A stretch of 64,000 bases of DNA from Eledone cirrhosa. Lineage: Eukaryota. Below the pieces are notes generated by a model. It saw only the letters and a list, made by a program, of their open reading frames with translations. It did not search any database and had not been told where the DNA came from. Shown here piece by piece: positions 1 to 12,100 of the stretch (position 1 is the stretch's first letter; every line of letters starts with the position of its first letter). The stretch covers positions 20,956,001 to 21,020,000 of the forward strand of contig OZ024763.1 in the NCBI GenBank assembly GCA_964016885.1, in the 5' to 3' direction. The position numbers and the translations under genes were made by a program.

Positions 1-65
1 TGACTGACCAACGGTCAAAAATAATACAGATACAATATAGACACAAACACATATATATAGTTTAT

Positions 66-106
66 CAAAGTTCTTTCGTTGCACATCTGCAACATCGTCA
101 GTGGTG
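66..106 (-). ncRNA. Hammerhead ribozyme motif (weak stems I and III) in PLE 3' region
   Basis: Minus strand reads CTGACGA-T-GTTGCA(GATG)TGCAAC-GAAA; stem II is a perfect 6 bp. Confidence 0.6.
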
Positions 107-374
107 CTATTGTTTCCTCCCGTTACATTGTATTTTCTACGCCATCTTTATTTAGTCTGTTTATATATTTATTTATTTGTTTATTCTATTTTGTCTTCTT
201 TGCGCATGCGTTTGCGTGTGTGTATAGTGTTTTGTTTGATGTGTGTTCGTGATTGGGTGACTGTGTATTGGTTAATGTATTCTATCTTTACTAGTGTGTG
301 TTTATATGTGTTTGTTGTTATTGTGCTTGTGTATGTATTTATTTATTTATTTATCTATTTATTTATTTATTTAT

Positions 375-656
375 TTATACTTCTCTTAGGTCAGTGTTGT
401 TTGTTTGGGTGTTGTTGTTATTCCATTCATTCTTTCTGTTTAGCCTTGGCCTTCTAAGTTCTATTTCACTGGCCTCTCTGATTTGCCTATCTGCTGGGTC
501 ATTTCTATGTTTAGATATTATTCTAATTTCTATGTTGTCTATGTTACCGTCGTGTTGTTGTCTGGCATGTTCGTATAGTACTGACCCATTTTTTCGTCCT
601 TTTAGTTCCCCCCAGTGTTGGTCTATCCTTTCACCTATGCTACGAGCTGTCTCATA
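375..656 (-). pseudogene. Penelope-like element, GIY-YIG endonuclease C-terminal fragment
   Basis: Manual translation, absent from the ORF track: YETARSIGERIDQHWGELKGRKNGSVLYEHARQQHDGNIDNIEIRIISKHRNDPADRQIREASEIELRRPRLNRKNEW...*. Matches the GET.RS..ER..EH / RQI.EA..I / LN.K.EW pattern of PLE endonucleases. A hammerhead core lies downstream. Confidence 0.8.
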
Positions 657-907
657 GTTGTCATATATATATATACGTGGTTAGTGTTAGGAAGGACATC
701 CAGCTGTAAAAACCCCAGCTAAAATACAATTCTGTTCGATCGAGGTACGGCACAGCCAACTGCCCAGACATGTATCATAACGTGGACACAGTTCACTTCC
801 TGAACTGGGCAGTGCATTGTGTTCTTGTGCAAGACACTTCATTTTCAAATACAGTGTCTTTCATTAGAAATATGGTAACGAAAGAGTTAACGATTTATCA
901 TTACTTT

Positions 908-1082
908 GTGGCATGGAGTTATGTACCTTTGCATTATATGTTCAAATCCCACCAAAGTTAGCTTTGCCTTTCATCCTTACAGGGTTAATAAAATAAAGTA
1001 CCAGTAATGCATTGGGGCCAATTTAATTGACTTCCCCCTCCACCAAAATTGTTGATCTTCTGCCTGAATCAGAAACCATTAT
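908..1082 (+). mobile_element. tRNA-derived SINE, family N (GCCTTTCATCCTT..GGG.TAATAAAATAAAGTACCAG core)
   Basis: B-box-like GTTCAAATCC plus a conserved core found in many other copies in the window. Confidence 0.75.
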
Positions 1083-1436
1083 AAAATGCTTCTATTGAAA
1101 ATTCTTTTCCTTTTCTTTTGTCTACCACAAATCATAAAATCTAAAGAGTTTTTAACTCAGAGATTGTCATAACCAATATCAAGTTTCTCTTTTAGAAAAA
1201 CCTTGTATCTATTGAACAAAAGTTATACAATGATGGGAATATTAAAAAAAGGATAAAAACAAAATTAAGTAATTAAAAAAAGGGGAAGGGGTAAAGAAGG
1301 GCAGATTGACTGTATAGGAAAGTAAAGGAAAGGACTGTAAATGCCATAAATGAGAAGGAAAGGAAGGAAAGAGCAAGGACTATTAGGTAACAGAAGAAAG
1401 AAAAGGGGATTGAGGAGAGGGTGGCAGACTCTACAG

Positions 1437-1690
1437 CTAGGTCGGAGTGGTGTTTCGGATGCACCCTGCAGACAAAATTGCAAAGTTATTTCCGCGGACA
1501 GTGGCCAGCGACACCCACTGCAACAGCCACCCCACCTCGTGAGGCTTCTTCCTCAGACTGGCTACTGTTGTTCCAATTTTACAGAGGCGCTCGGCTGTAC
1601 AGGGTCTAAGGACACCTGCGACCAGTTCAACAGCTCCACAGTGATCACAATCTATTTACTTGATCACGATTTGGTTTTGTTTCTTTGAAC
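1437..1690 (-). pseudogene. Degenerate C-terminus of an RLE-type (CRE-like) non-LTR retrotransposon
   Basis: Minus frame reads AVELVAGVLRPCTAERLCKIGTTVASLRKKPHEVGWLLQWVSLATVRGNNFAIL, resembling the CRE-clade AVET.G..GP / WL.QR.SLA..RGN..IL end motif. Confidence 0.6.
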
Positions 1691-1761
1691 TAGTTCTCTA
1701 TCAGTTTCTTTTTCTTTTTCCTATTTTCTTATTTTCTTAATGCGTTCAATACCAAACCACC

Positions 1762-1992
1762 TTAACTCTTTAGCATTTAAATTGGCTCTATCCGGCCAGA
1801 ATTCTCTCACCTCTTTCTGTTCAAACCAGCTATAACTGGCCGCTCATACTGACGTTAAGGCATTGTTCTCAAAATAAATAATATCAAAATCTCATAGATT
1901 CGATATTATGTGAGATAATTATGTAAGATAAAGCCTTTACCACAAAAATACAATAGTAAATATATAGAGTAATGTAAATGCTATAGGGTTAA
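1762..1992 (-). mobile_element. TTAA-flanked piggyBac-like MITE, family A
   Basis: TTAA-C(T)CTTTAGCATTTA...TAAATGCTA(T)AGGG-TTAA terminal inverted repeats. Homologous copies near 4921-5337, 14670-15331, 17087-17502, 41427-41945, 53886-54309 and 55256-55477. Confidence 0.8.
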
Positions 1993-2006
1993 ACTGCACT
2001 TGGTTT

Positions 2007-2194
2007 TATGAGGGTTGGATCAAAAGTTCATAAGCTGACCAAGATACTCCCAAGGAATTACCAAATTAGGTTTATTTTTCAACATAGTCCCTGGAAAGAA
2101 ACAATGCATGAGTTGAAATTAATGCATGCAAGATTTCACAGGTCTAGCATCACTTCTTCATAGTCAGCCTATGAACATTTCAGCCCATCCTTGT
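2007..2194. mobile_element. Tc1/mariner-like MITE
   Basis: TA-TGAGGGTTGGATCAAAAGTTCATAAGCTGAC ... GTCAGCCTATGAACATTTCAGCCCATCCTTG-TA inverted ends; related terminus near 38024. Confidence 0.65.
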
Positions 2195-2689
2195 ATGATA
2201 GAAAGCTGTTTATTTTGAAGAAGTTATATTTATCTAAAAGCCTTTCATCATAATTTTATTGATGACCAGATAGTTAGTTATTTTACAAAATCCTTCAAAA
2301 CTCTTGATAATCTTCAAAATTATCTAAAAACCATAGACAGCATTTTTCATTAGAAATATGGTAATGAAAGGATTAATGATTTCATTAACTGACATAATTC
2401 TCACCATCTTATTTTAATTTCTAGAAAAATTCTTTCACTCCAACATTTAAATATCACTAAGCCTTTCCAATACCAACCCACCTGGAACCACCGTTCCTTG
2501 TTCTCCATTTTAAAGTGTTCATATTTAAATTAAAACCTTCCATCATAATTTTATGTAAGAACTTTGTTGTCATCTTCTTAACGCCAACTTAATGAAAATG
2601 CTATTTTACTAAAACCTTTCAAATTATTGATTATTTTCAAAATTAATTGAAATTCATTTAGTGCAATCCATGAGAAATGTAGTCATGAA

Positions 2690-2997
2690 AGGGTTAAATA
2701 TAATTTTATATCAACTCTATTTTTTCGTGTTAGACTAGCTTCAATTCTTGGAGTTAGACTGTTAGACATGGTTCTGGGTTCAGTCTTGTTGTGAGGCACC
2801 TTGGGCAAGTGTCTTCTATAGTCTCAGGATGACAAATATCTTCTGAGATATTTGTCATCCTGAGACTATAGAAGACACTTGCCCAAGGTGCCTCACAACA
2901 AGACTGAACCCAGAACCATGTCTAACAGTCTAACTCCAAGAATTGAAGCTAGTCTAACACGAAAAAATAGAGTTGATGTAAAATTATATTTAACCCT
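2690..2997. repeat. Near-perfect palindrome, 152-bp arms with a 4-nt loop
   Basis: 2690-2841 is the reverse complement of 2846-2997 with one visible mismatch; the loop is TCTG. Confidence 0.95.
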
Positions 2998-3107
2998 ATA
3001 TATTTATATATATGTATGTATGTAAAAGTTAAACAGAAATAGCAACACAATTAGTATAGTATATGGAAGGAATATATTAAGTTAACGCTTGAAAAAGCAG
3101 GAAGAGG

Positions 3108-3144
3108 GTCTTAACGTTTCGGACACTAGTCCTTCATCAGAAAA
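3108..3144 (-). ncRNA. Minimal type I hammerhead ribozyme in a TA-flanked PLE remnant (~3000-3360)
   Basis: TTTT-CTGATGA-A-GGAC(TAGT)GTCC-GAAACGTT-AAGA; palindromic AACGTT stem III, typical of PLE minimal hammerheads. Confidence 0.75.
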
Positions 3145-4644
3145 AAGAATGAGAAATTAGAAAGAATGACGGCATAGGCAGAGGGAAATTATAAAAAAAT
3201 GTTTTTAGAGCAAAATAACAGGTCTATTCATGTTGCCATCTCTTGGAAAACTGTTGATGCTGGCGTTTTCTGTAAGATATGCCTTTTTTTTTAGTAAAGT
3301 GGAAGATGGAGTGCGTCTACCTGAAATGAAAAAAAAAAAAAAATGTTTTATATATATTATTGCTTGTGTGGGGACAAATTTGAGGCAGATCATTTTCAAT
3401 CTTTGGACTATAATATCAATAAGTAATTTCTCTTGAAATATTTCATTCTTCCCTTCTTTCTTATGGCTTCTTCTTTAAGTAAGAAAGAAAAGAAAATGAA
3501 ATAGAATCTTCTAAAATAGACTGTTGCTGCTATTTTAATCATTTTTCAGTTAATTTGTTTTTAAAACCATTTAAAAAACATTTTTTATTTGCCACAATGT
3601 TTGAAATATGTGTTTCAATATATGTCTATATATATATTTCTGCGATTCTACCACAATATGTAAAGAGAGAGGAGTAGTTTGACTACCTCATACAACTCCT
3701 CTCTCGTCTGCCTCCTGCATGAATGTATGTGTGTGTAAAAGGAAGGAAGGGGAAGTGTATATGTGTTTGCACGTTTATATTTATATACTCATACATATAA
3801 ATGTATGCATATGCACACACATATACACGTCAGTGTGTTGAAAAAATTCTAGTTTTTAAATCATTTTTTTATTTGTCACAATGTTTGAAATGTGTTTCAA
3901 TATATATTTTATAAATATATGTGAAATATATGTTATAAATCTATATTATTTAGTAGGCATGTGGTATAAAAACAAATAAAAAATAATAATTATAATATAA
4001 TTTACATTGAAAATAATTATGTTCAAAGTTGTGGTAAATATTGAACATATATTTATCTATAGCAGAAACTAGTAGCACAGTTACAAATAAAAATTTAAGC
4101 TCTTCCAAATTAGCCATTTTTCTTATTTTTTTTGTTAGTTTGTCTAGTTTTTATCTTTTACTATCTACACTAGAATGATTGTATTCTAATTTTAAATACA
4201 AAAACTATATAAAAATAATTAATCAGTCTTTTTCATACATAATTCAAAACTTAAAGTATTTCTAATAATGTAAAATCTATTTTAAGTATTATGAACAGTG
4301 AAAGATCGACAAATATTCTTCCCTCTCTGAAAGTGCACCCTTCTTCTTCCATGATAGTAGACACGAGCTGGAATAGGTCTTCCAGCGTGTCTTCCTCACC
4401 ATCCTCCAGGGAACCTTTTTACTATTTTGTCCACCGAGGCTGCGAGGTGGCCAGCACATGGGTCCCCATTTGATCACAATAGTGAGAGATAGGGAGAGTG
4501 GGAGAGACAGAGGCAGTGACAGTGGGAGTTTGGTTCTTTTGTGTTCCGACCTGGTGTACATATGTGTATATGGGAGAGTAGGGTTATTAATGATGTGACC
4601 GATGCTGATAAGAGGGAAGTGATTTCCCTAAAGTATTGAAACAA

Positions 4645-4910
4645 AGCATCATTATCATCATCATTGTCATTGTCATATCTATTTTTCCACCTTTGCATGG
4701 GTTGGAGCATCTCTCCACTTGTCGCATTCCTTTGTTATCTCCTCAGTGAGTCTCAACGATCTGAGATCAGCTCTCATCACTTTTGCCCAGGTCTTCCTTG
4801 GTCTACTTCAACTGCGGTGCTTCCTTCCACTGGGATTTTTCACACAGCTTTCATCATCCATGCACATCACACGCCTGTATCAACACAGCCATCTCTCTTG
4901 CACACCACCT
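4645..4910 (-). mobile_element. RTE LINE 3' fragment, short-3'UTR subfamily (RTE-c)
   Basis: Degenerate ERWL../GRPRKTWA/DLRSL coding remnant with an ATG/GAT-type tail; homologous to 47325-47510. Confidence 0.7.
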
Positions 4911-5457
4911 TGGATTCCTCTTAATCCTCGAGCCTTTAAACTGGCTGTATCCAACCAGAATTCTCTTACCTCTTTCTGTTCAAACTGGCCATAACTGGCC
5001 ACTCATACTGACTTTAAGGTATTGTTCTGAAAATAAATAATAACAAAATCTCAGATTCGATATTATGTGAGATAATTATGTGAGATAAAGCCTTTATTGC
5101 AAAAATACAATAATATATATAGATTAATTGTTTCTATTTTTAGGCACAAGGCAAGCAATTATCCAGTACATTACTGGTACTTTATTTTATCGACCCCGTA
5201 AGGATGAAAGGCAAAGTTAACCTCGGCGGGATTTGAACTCAGACTGTAAAGGGACGTAACTATGCTAGAAAGCATGGTGTCCAACCCTCTACCGATACTG
5301 CCAATTCACCGAGATTAATGTAAATGATAAAGGGTTAAACCCAGTTTTTCCCTCAGTTCATTCAACCTCTGCCGTACTCTCACATTTACATTGCATATCT
5401 AACAAAGCAATGTTGCTTCATTTCTCTCCAGCCTATGCATGTCTTCTGCAATCACTG

Positions 5458-5819
5458 CCCATGGTTCCCAACATGGGGCACACACCCTACAGAGGGGCAA
5501 TTTGAATATTTAAGGGGGAAAATTGAAAATGATGTTAATGAGAATAACATTCAGGTTTTACCTTATTACTTTTACACCAAGGCAACTTTGGTACACATTA
5601 CTGTTGGAAGCTCCTATCCTTCCTCCTCCTCACATGTTATTGTGCATGTGGCACCACCTATACGCCAATTTGTTTACTCTTTGCAGTATATCATCACAGG
5701 TATATTTGCAGTATATCAAAGAGGGGTATTTTCATTTCAAAGGGGAGCATTAAAATGGTGCACAGCAATTTTTAAGATATTGAGGTGGGGCATGGTACAC
5801 AAAAGGTTAGGAACCACTG
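5458..5819. mobile_element. hAT-like MITE
   Basis: Ends CATGGTTCCCAAC ... GTTAGGAACCACTG; similar elements at 16688-17009 and 38759-38943. Confidence 0.6.
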
Positions 5820-6691
5820 CTATAGTTGTGTCTAATATAGGTACAAGGTCAGAAATTCTGGAGAGCGGGGGGAAACAATCAATTAAATGAACCCCAGTAC
5901 ATGACTGGTACTTTATTTCTTTCGACCACAGGAGGACAAACAGCAGTGTTGACTTTGGTGAGATTTGAACACAGCGCGTAAAGAGCCAGAACAAATACAT
6001 AATACAGTTTTTTGCCATGCTCTAACACCACTGCTAATTCACTGATCATGTAGGGTCCTGTAACTCCTGATGGAGTCATAGGGGCACCGTATTGATATAT
6101 GATATTTCTAGGGCACTTTTAAAACCTGGCGGAGCCCATCTCTTCTCCAGGTCTGAATACAGCAGATTTCTTCCAGAGAAGGATAGAGAGTAGAGTGAGG
6201 GAATGGAAGTGAGAAAGAGATATAGAGAAAGAATCGAACCCAGTACTTGACTGGTACTTTTTTTTATCAACCTCAAAAGGATTGAAAGGTAAAGTTGACC
6301 TCAGCAAGATTTGAAATGAGAGAGCAGAGAGCCAAAACAAATACCACAAAGCATTCTATCCGATGTTCTAACAACTCTGCCAGGTCAGCGATAATGATGA
6401 TGAATAATATAGAAGTTTTTAAATAGATTGGTTCAACCTGTTGATATATTTCTGCATCATTATTATAATAGTCTTATAGAAATAACTTTCCTCCAAACTC
6501 GTACAATCTGGTTTTTAAAGAGATTTATTAATTTATTACAGTTATTATTAAAGAACTGTGTTGTTTAGGTCACTCTAACCACTAACTGATTTCTGAGAGT
6601 TTCTATTTATTGACAAAATTGATTGACAAGATCCCACACCTCATTTGCATACCAAGTGGGAGTGGAGCTCGTCAAATCAGACCAAGGAAAC

Positions 6692-8686
6692 ATCATCTTC
6701 ATCATCATCATCATTTAATGTCCACTTTCCATGCTAGCATGGATAGGACGGGCTGTCGCTATGTGAGAGATTAGGTCGGGAGAATGTAATTCGCTCACAC
6801 AACTGTTTCTGGCTAGGTTTCTATGGTTGAATGCCCTTCCTAACATCAACCACATTTACAGTGTGTGCTCGGTGATTTTTGTCATGACACTGACATGACC
6901 ACTTTACAGTGTGGACTGAGTGCTTGTTGTCGTGACACTGACATGACCACTTTACAGTGTGGACTGAGTGCTTTTTGTTGTGACACTGACATGACCACTT
7001 TACAGTGTGGACTGAGTGCTTTTTGTTGTGACACTGACATGACCACTTTACAGTGTGGACTGAGTGCTTTTTGTTGTGACACTGACATGACCACTTTACA
7101 GTGTGAACTGAGTGCTTTTTGTCGTGACACTGACATGACCACTTTACAGTGTGGACTGAGTGCTTTTTGTCATGACACTGACATGACCACTTTACAGTGT
7201 GGAATGGGTGCTTTTTGTCGTGACACTGACATGACCACTTTACAGTGTGGACTGAGTGCTTTTTGTTGTGACACTGACATGACCACTTTACAGTGTGGAT
7301 GGAGTGCTTTTTGTCGTGACACTGACATGACCACTTTACAGTGTGGACTGAGTGCTTTTCGTTGTGACACTGACATAACCACTTTACAGTGTGGATGGAG
7401 TGCTTTTTGTCGTGACACTGACATGACCACTTTACAGTGTGGACTGAGTGCTTTTTGTCATGACACTGACATGACCACTTTACAGTGTGGAATGGGTGCT
7501 TTTTGTCGTGACACTGACATGACCACTTTACAGTGTGGACTGAGTGCTTTTTGTTGTGACACTGACATGACCACTTTACAGTGTGGATGGAGTGCTTTTT
7601 GTCGTGAGACTGACATGACCACTTTACAGTGTGGACTGAGTGCTTTTTGTTGTGACACTGACATAACCACTTTACAGTGTGGACTGAGTGCTTTTTGTCG
7701 TGACACTGACATGACCACTTTACAGTGTGGACTGAGTGCTTTTTGTTGTGACACTGACATGACCACTTTACAGTGTGTGCTCGGTGCTTTTTGTTGTGAC
7801 ACTGACATGACCACTTTACAGTGTGGACTGAGTGCTTTTTGTCGTGACACTGACATGACCACTTTACAGTGTGGACTGAGTGCTTTTTGTTGTGACACTG
7901 ACATGACCACTTTACAGTGTGTGCTCGGTGCTTTTTGTTGTGACACTGACATGACCACTTTACAGTGTGGACTGAGTGCTTTTTGTCGTGACACTGACAT
8001 GACCACTTTACAGTGTAGACTGAGTGCTTTTTGTTGTGACACTGACATGACCACTTTACAGTGTGTGCTCGGTGCTTTTTGTTGTGACACTGACATGACC
8101 ACTTTACAGTGTGGAATGGGTGCTTTTTGTCGTGACACTGACATGACCACTTTACAGTGTGGACTGAGTGCTTTTTGTCGTGACACTGACATGACCACTT
8201 TACAGTGTGGACTGAGTGCTTTTTGTTGTGACACTGACATGACCACTTTACAGTGTGTGCTCGGTGCTTTTTGTTGTGACACTGACATGACCACTTTACA
8301 GTGTGGACTGAGTGCTTTTTGTTGTGACACTGACATGACCACTTTACAGTGTGGACTGAGTGCTTTTTGTCGTGACACTGACATGACCACTTTACAGTGT
8401 GTGCTCGGTGCTTTTTGTTGTGACACTGACATAACCACTTTACAGTGTGGAATGGGTGCTTTTTGTTGTGACACTGACATGACCACTTTACAGTGTGGAC
8501 TGAGTGCTTTTTGTCGTGACCACTTTACAGTGTGTGCTCGGTGCTTTTTGTCGTGACACTGACATAACCACTTTACAGTGTGGAATGGGTGCTTTTTGTT
8601 GTGACACACACCTACACGACCACTTTGCAGTGTGGACTGAGTGCTTTTTGTTGTGACACTTGCATGACCACTTTACAGTGTGGACA
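6692..8686 (-). mobile_element. RTE 3'-tail element with an internally expanded 48-bp repeat
   Basis: (CAT)n tail and CCATGCTAGCATGG / ATGCCCTTCCTAAC tail motifs at 6692-6855 run directly into the array. Confidence 0.8.
6853..8686. repeat. 48-bp minisatellite, ~38 copies
   Basis: Unit ACTTTACAGTGTGGACTGAGTGCTTTTTGTTGTGACACTGACATGACC; the 16-codon period explains the 563-aa and 383-aa ORFs. Confidence 0.97.
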
Positions 8687-8908
8687 TGTTTATATATTCT
8701 AGTTAGAGATTGAAAATTATCTGTGTGAAATTTGTCCCCACACAAGCGATGGTATATATAAAATGCCCCTGGTAAGGGGGGTAATTTAATTTACAAATTC
8801 ATTAGAAGATTGAATAGAATGTTTTGTGGTATTTGTTCTGACTCTCTGCTCTCTAACTTCAAATTCCACTGAGGTCAACTTTAGGTCAACTTTGCCTTTC
8901 ATTCTCTC

Positions 8909-9176
8909 AAGGTCACTCCTGTTTTACTGTATGAATCTGGCAATGTATTTCATTCAACCCTTCATGGTTGATAAAAAAAGTACCCCACCAAGGTCACTCC
9001 TATTTTACTGTCTGAATCTGGCAATGTTTCATTGAACTCTTCAAGGCCGATAAAAAAAATATCCCACCAAGGTCAGCTCTGTGTTTACTCTCTGAATCTG
9101 GCAATGTTTCATTGAACCCTTCAAGGCCGATAAAAAAAATATCCCACCAAGGTCAGCTCTGTGTTTACTGTATGAA
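8909..9176. repeat. ~80-bp tandem repeat, resuming at 13222-13330 after the RTE insertion
   Basis: AAGGTCA starts at 8909, 8990, 9069, 9149 and 13280. Confidence 0.85.
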
Positions 9177-12100
9177 TAATATTATTGCTGTTTTTGCTGT
9201 ATTATTTCGGATATTTACCACGCGGTATTCTAATCTATCGGTTATTTAAGTTTGTTAGCCTTGACGGCGACCCTCAGTGACCCCCTCTCTATATCTCTCT
9301 CTATGATGGCTACCCTATCTATCTCTAAGCCACCCATTACCTCCCATTCGCCCATTCCACCTCACTCATCTTGAAGCTATTGAAGAGATAAGACACTTTC
9401 TCCTTATCTGCTAAAATGTATCACTAGAGTTGATTTGGATTCGTTCCAGCCACCCATCCATACAAATTTTCGAAGGTATCTTAGCTCTTATGACGCTATT
9501 ATTATTAATATTATTGCTGTTTTTGCTGTATTATTTCGGATATTTACCACGCGGTATTCTAATCTATCGGTTATTTAAGTTTGTTAGCCTTGACGGCGAC
9601 CCTCAGTGCCTACCTCACAATTTCCCTCCCACCACCATACCCTATTCGACCAATCAAACCTCAGCATGCCATTTCTTCTTCTACTGCTGCTACTACTACC
9701 TAACTAACTCTCTCCTCCCAACACACCCTGCCATTATCCCACCACCACTGTTCTTCTAGCCCTCAATTTTCCCACCGTTATGGATGGATGAGCTGAGAAT
9801 AAATTTGAGCAACTCTGAATCAATAGATGAAATATGAATCTGCGAGCTACCAAGCACCCATGTGAAGCGCCAACCCAGAGACCCTTCCCTGTGTGTCGAC
9901 AAATGCCCAAAACTCCGAGTTGGTACCATCAATGTAGGCTCAATAAAAGGAAGAGCAGGAGAAATCGTAGAAATGCTAGAACGAAAGGAAATTGATGTAT
10001 ACTGTGTGCAAGAGACTAGATGGAGAGGAGAGTCTGGTAGGAAAAAGTCGGTGCTACAAAATTTTCTGGGTGGGAAATGACGATGGGATGGGTGGTGTAG
10101 GTATACTACTAGCTGACAAGTGGGTAGATAAAGTAATCTCAGTGTACAGGGTAAATGCAAGAATCATTAAACTCTGACTAGTCCTGAATAAAACAATTAC
10201 CACAATAATATCAGCTTACGCGCCCCAATCGGGGCTGCCAGACGAACCTAAGGATAGGTTTTACGAGTCCCTAATTCACACTACTGCTCTAACAGACGAC
10301 AATGACTTCCTAATCATCGCAGGAGATTTTAACGGACACGTAGGTAAACACTGCGACGGCTTCAATAGAGTCCATGGAGGCCATGGGGTTGGCACAAGAA
10401 ATGAGGAAGGATTCAGACTTCTAGAATTCTGCGACGCCAATGACATGTCGATATGTAACACAAACTTTAAAAAACCCGACAACCACCTGATCACCTATAG
10501 ATCAGGGGAGCACTCCAGTCAGATAGATTTTATCCTCATCAGAGGACGTGACAGATGGACGGTCGTAAACACAAAAGCCTTCCCTAGTGAGGAATGTACA
10601 TCCCAACATAGCTTAGTTGTCAGCGACCTCACGGTCAGGACTAGACGAACCTGGAAACAGAGGCCAACCTGGAGAAGAAAGATCTGGAAGCTGAAAGTCC
10701 CCTCAACCAGTAACAGATTTAAAGATATTTTGCTCAACGCCTACGACAGTAAAGAAGAAAAGATAGAGACATTTAATGTAGAAGAGAACTGGGAGTTCCT
10801 AAAAAATAATTTACTAGAGGCGACGGATGAGGTCTGTGGCTGGAGTAAGACCTCAAGCAGGAGGAGAGTGACTTGGTGATGGAACAATAAGGTAGATGAA
10901 GCAGTTAAGGCCAAGAGACAGGCATGGAAAGAATGGAAGAATGGGGGGAGCAGGGTACATTACATAGACCAAGAGGGAAGCTAGGCGACAAGTATACTTA
11001 GCTAGGAGGGAAGCAGAGGATAGAAAATTCAAGCATGTTTTGCAACGTGAGGACCAGAAACAGGAGGTATTCAAGATTGCGAGGCAGTGTGTCAGAGATA
11101 GTTGTGATGTCATTGGAGAGAAGTGTATCCGGAATGATTAAGGTGAGCTTGCCCTCACAAGTGCTGAGAAGAAAGATGCATGGAAGAGTCATTATGATAG
11201 ATTACTAAATGAGGAGAATGCATGGGAAGAAGAGACCCTACCCCAAGTAGACCCTATAGAGGGGCCAGCAGTACAAGTCAGCAGCAACGTAGTAAGTAAG
11301 GCAATCAAAGATATGAAGATGGGGAAGGCAACCGGTCCATCGGGTATAGCTGCCGAGATGCTGAAGGCATCTGGGTCTGTAGGTCACACTATAACCACAT
11401 ATATTGTTAACCAGGTAATACTAGAAGGTGTCATACCAAAAGATTGGTGCAGTAGCATCATTGTCAACTGCTACAAAGGTAAAGGTGATGCACTAGATAG
11501 AGGAAACTATAGAGGTATAAAGTTGATGGACCAGGTCATGAAAGTAACAGAAAGAGTTATAGCACAGTTGATTAGGGACCGGGTGGAAATAGACTAGATG
11601 CAATTTGGGTTTGTACCAGGAAGAGGCACCACTGAAGCCCTCTTCCTTGTGAGGCAATTACAGGAAAAGTACCTAGCTAAAAGTAAGCCACTCTACTTGG
11701 CATTTGTTGACCTTGAGAAAGCCTTTGACAGAGTTCCACGTGCTGTAATCTGGTGGGCTCTTAGAAAACTAGGAGTAGATGAATGGCTTGTGAAAGCGGT
11801 ACAAGCCATGTATAGGGGAGCAGTCAGCAAAGTTAGGATTAGCAATGAGTATAGCGAGGAATTTAGCGTACAGGTTGGGGTCCACCAGGGCTCTGTTCTT
11901 AGCCCCTCCTGTTCATCATAGTCCTGCAGGCAATAACGGAGGAGTTTAAGACCGGATGCCCATGGGAACTCCTGTATGCTGATGACCTCGCACTCATAGC
12001 TGAATCTATGGTAGAACTAGAGAATAAATTCCAAACTTGGAAGCAGGGACTAGAAAGAAAGGGTCTCAAAGTCAACATGACAAAGACTAAGGTCCCCTCA

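Noticed and set aside
4289-4561. Host exon
   Set aside because: No recognisable domain or convincing splice pair; possibly a decayed LINE fragment.
6853-8686. CRISPR-like array, or a 563-aa Cys-rich protein
   Set aside because: There are no unique spacers and no cas genes. The unit derives from an RTE 3'UTR, and the ORFs on both strands follow from the 48-bp period.
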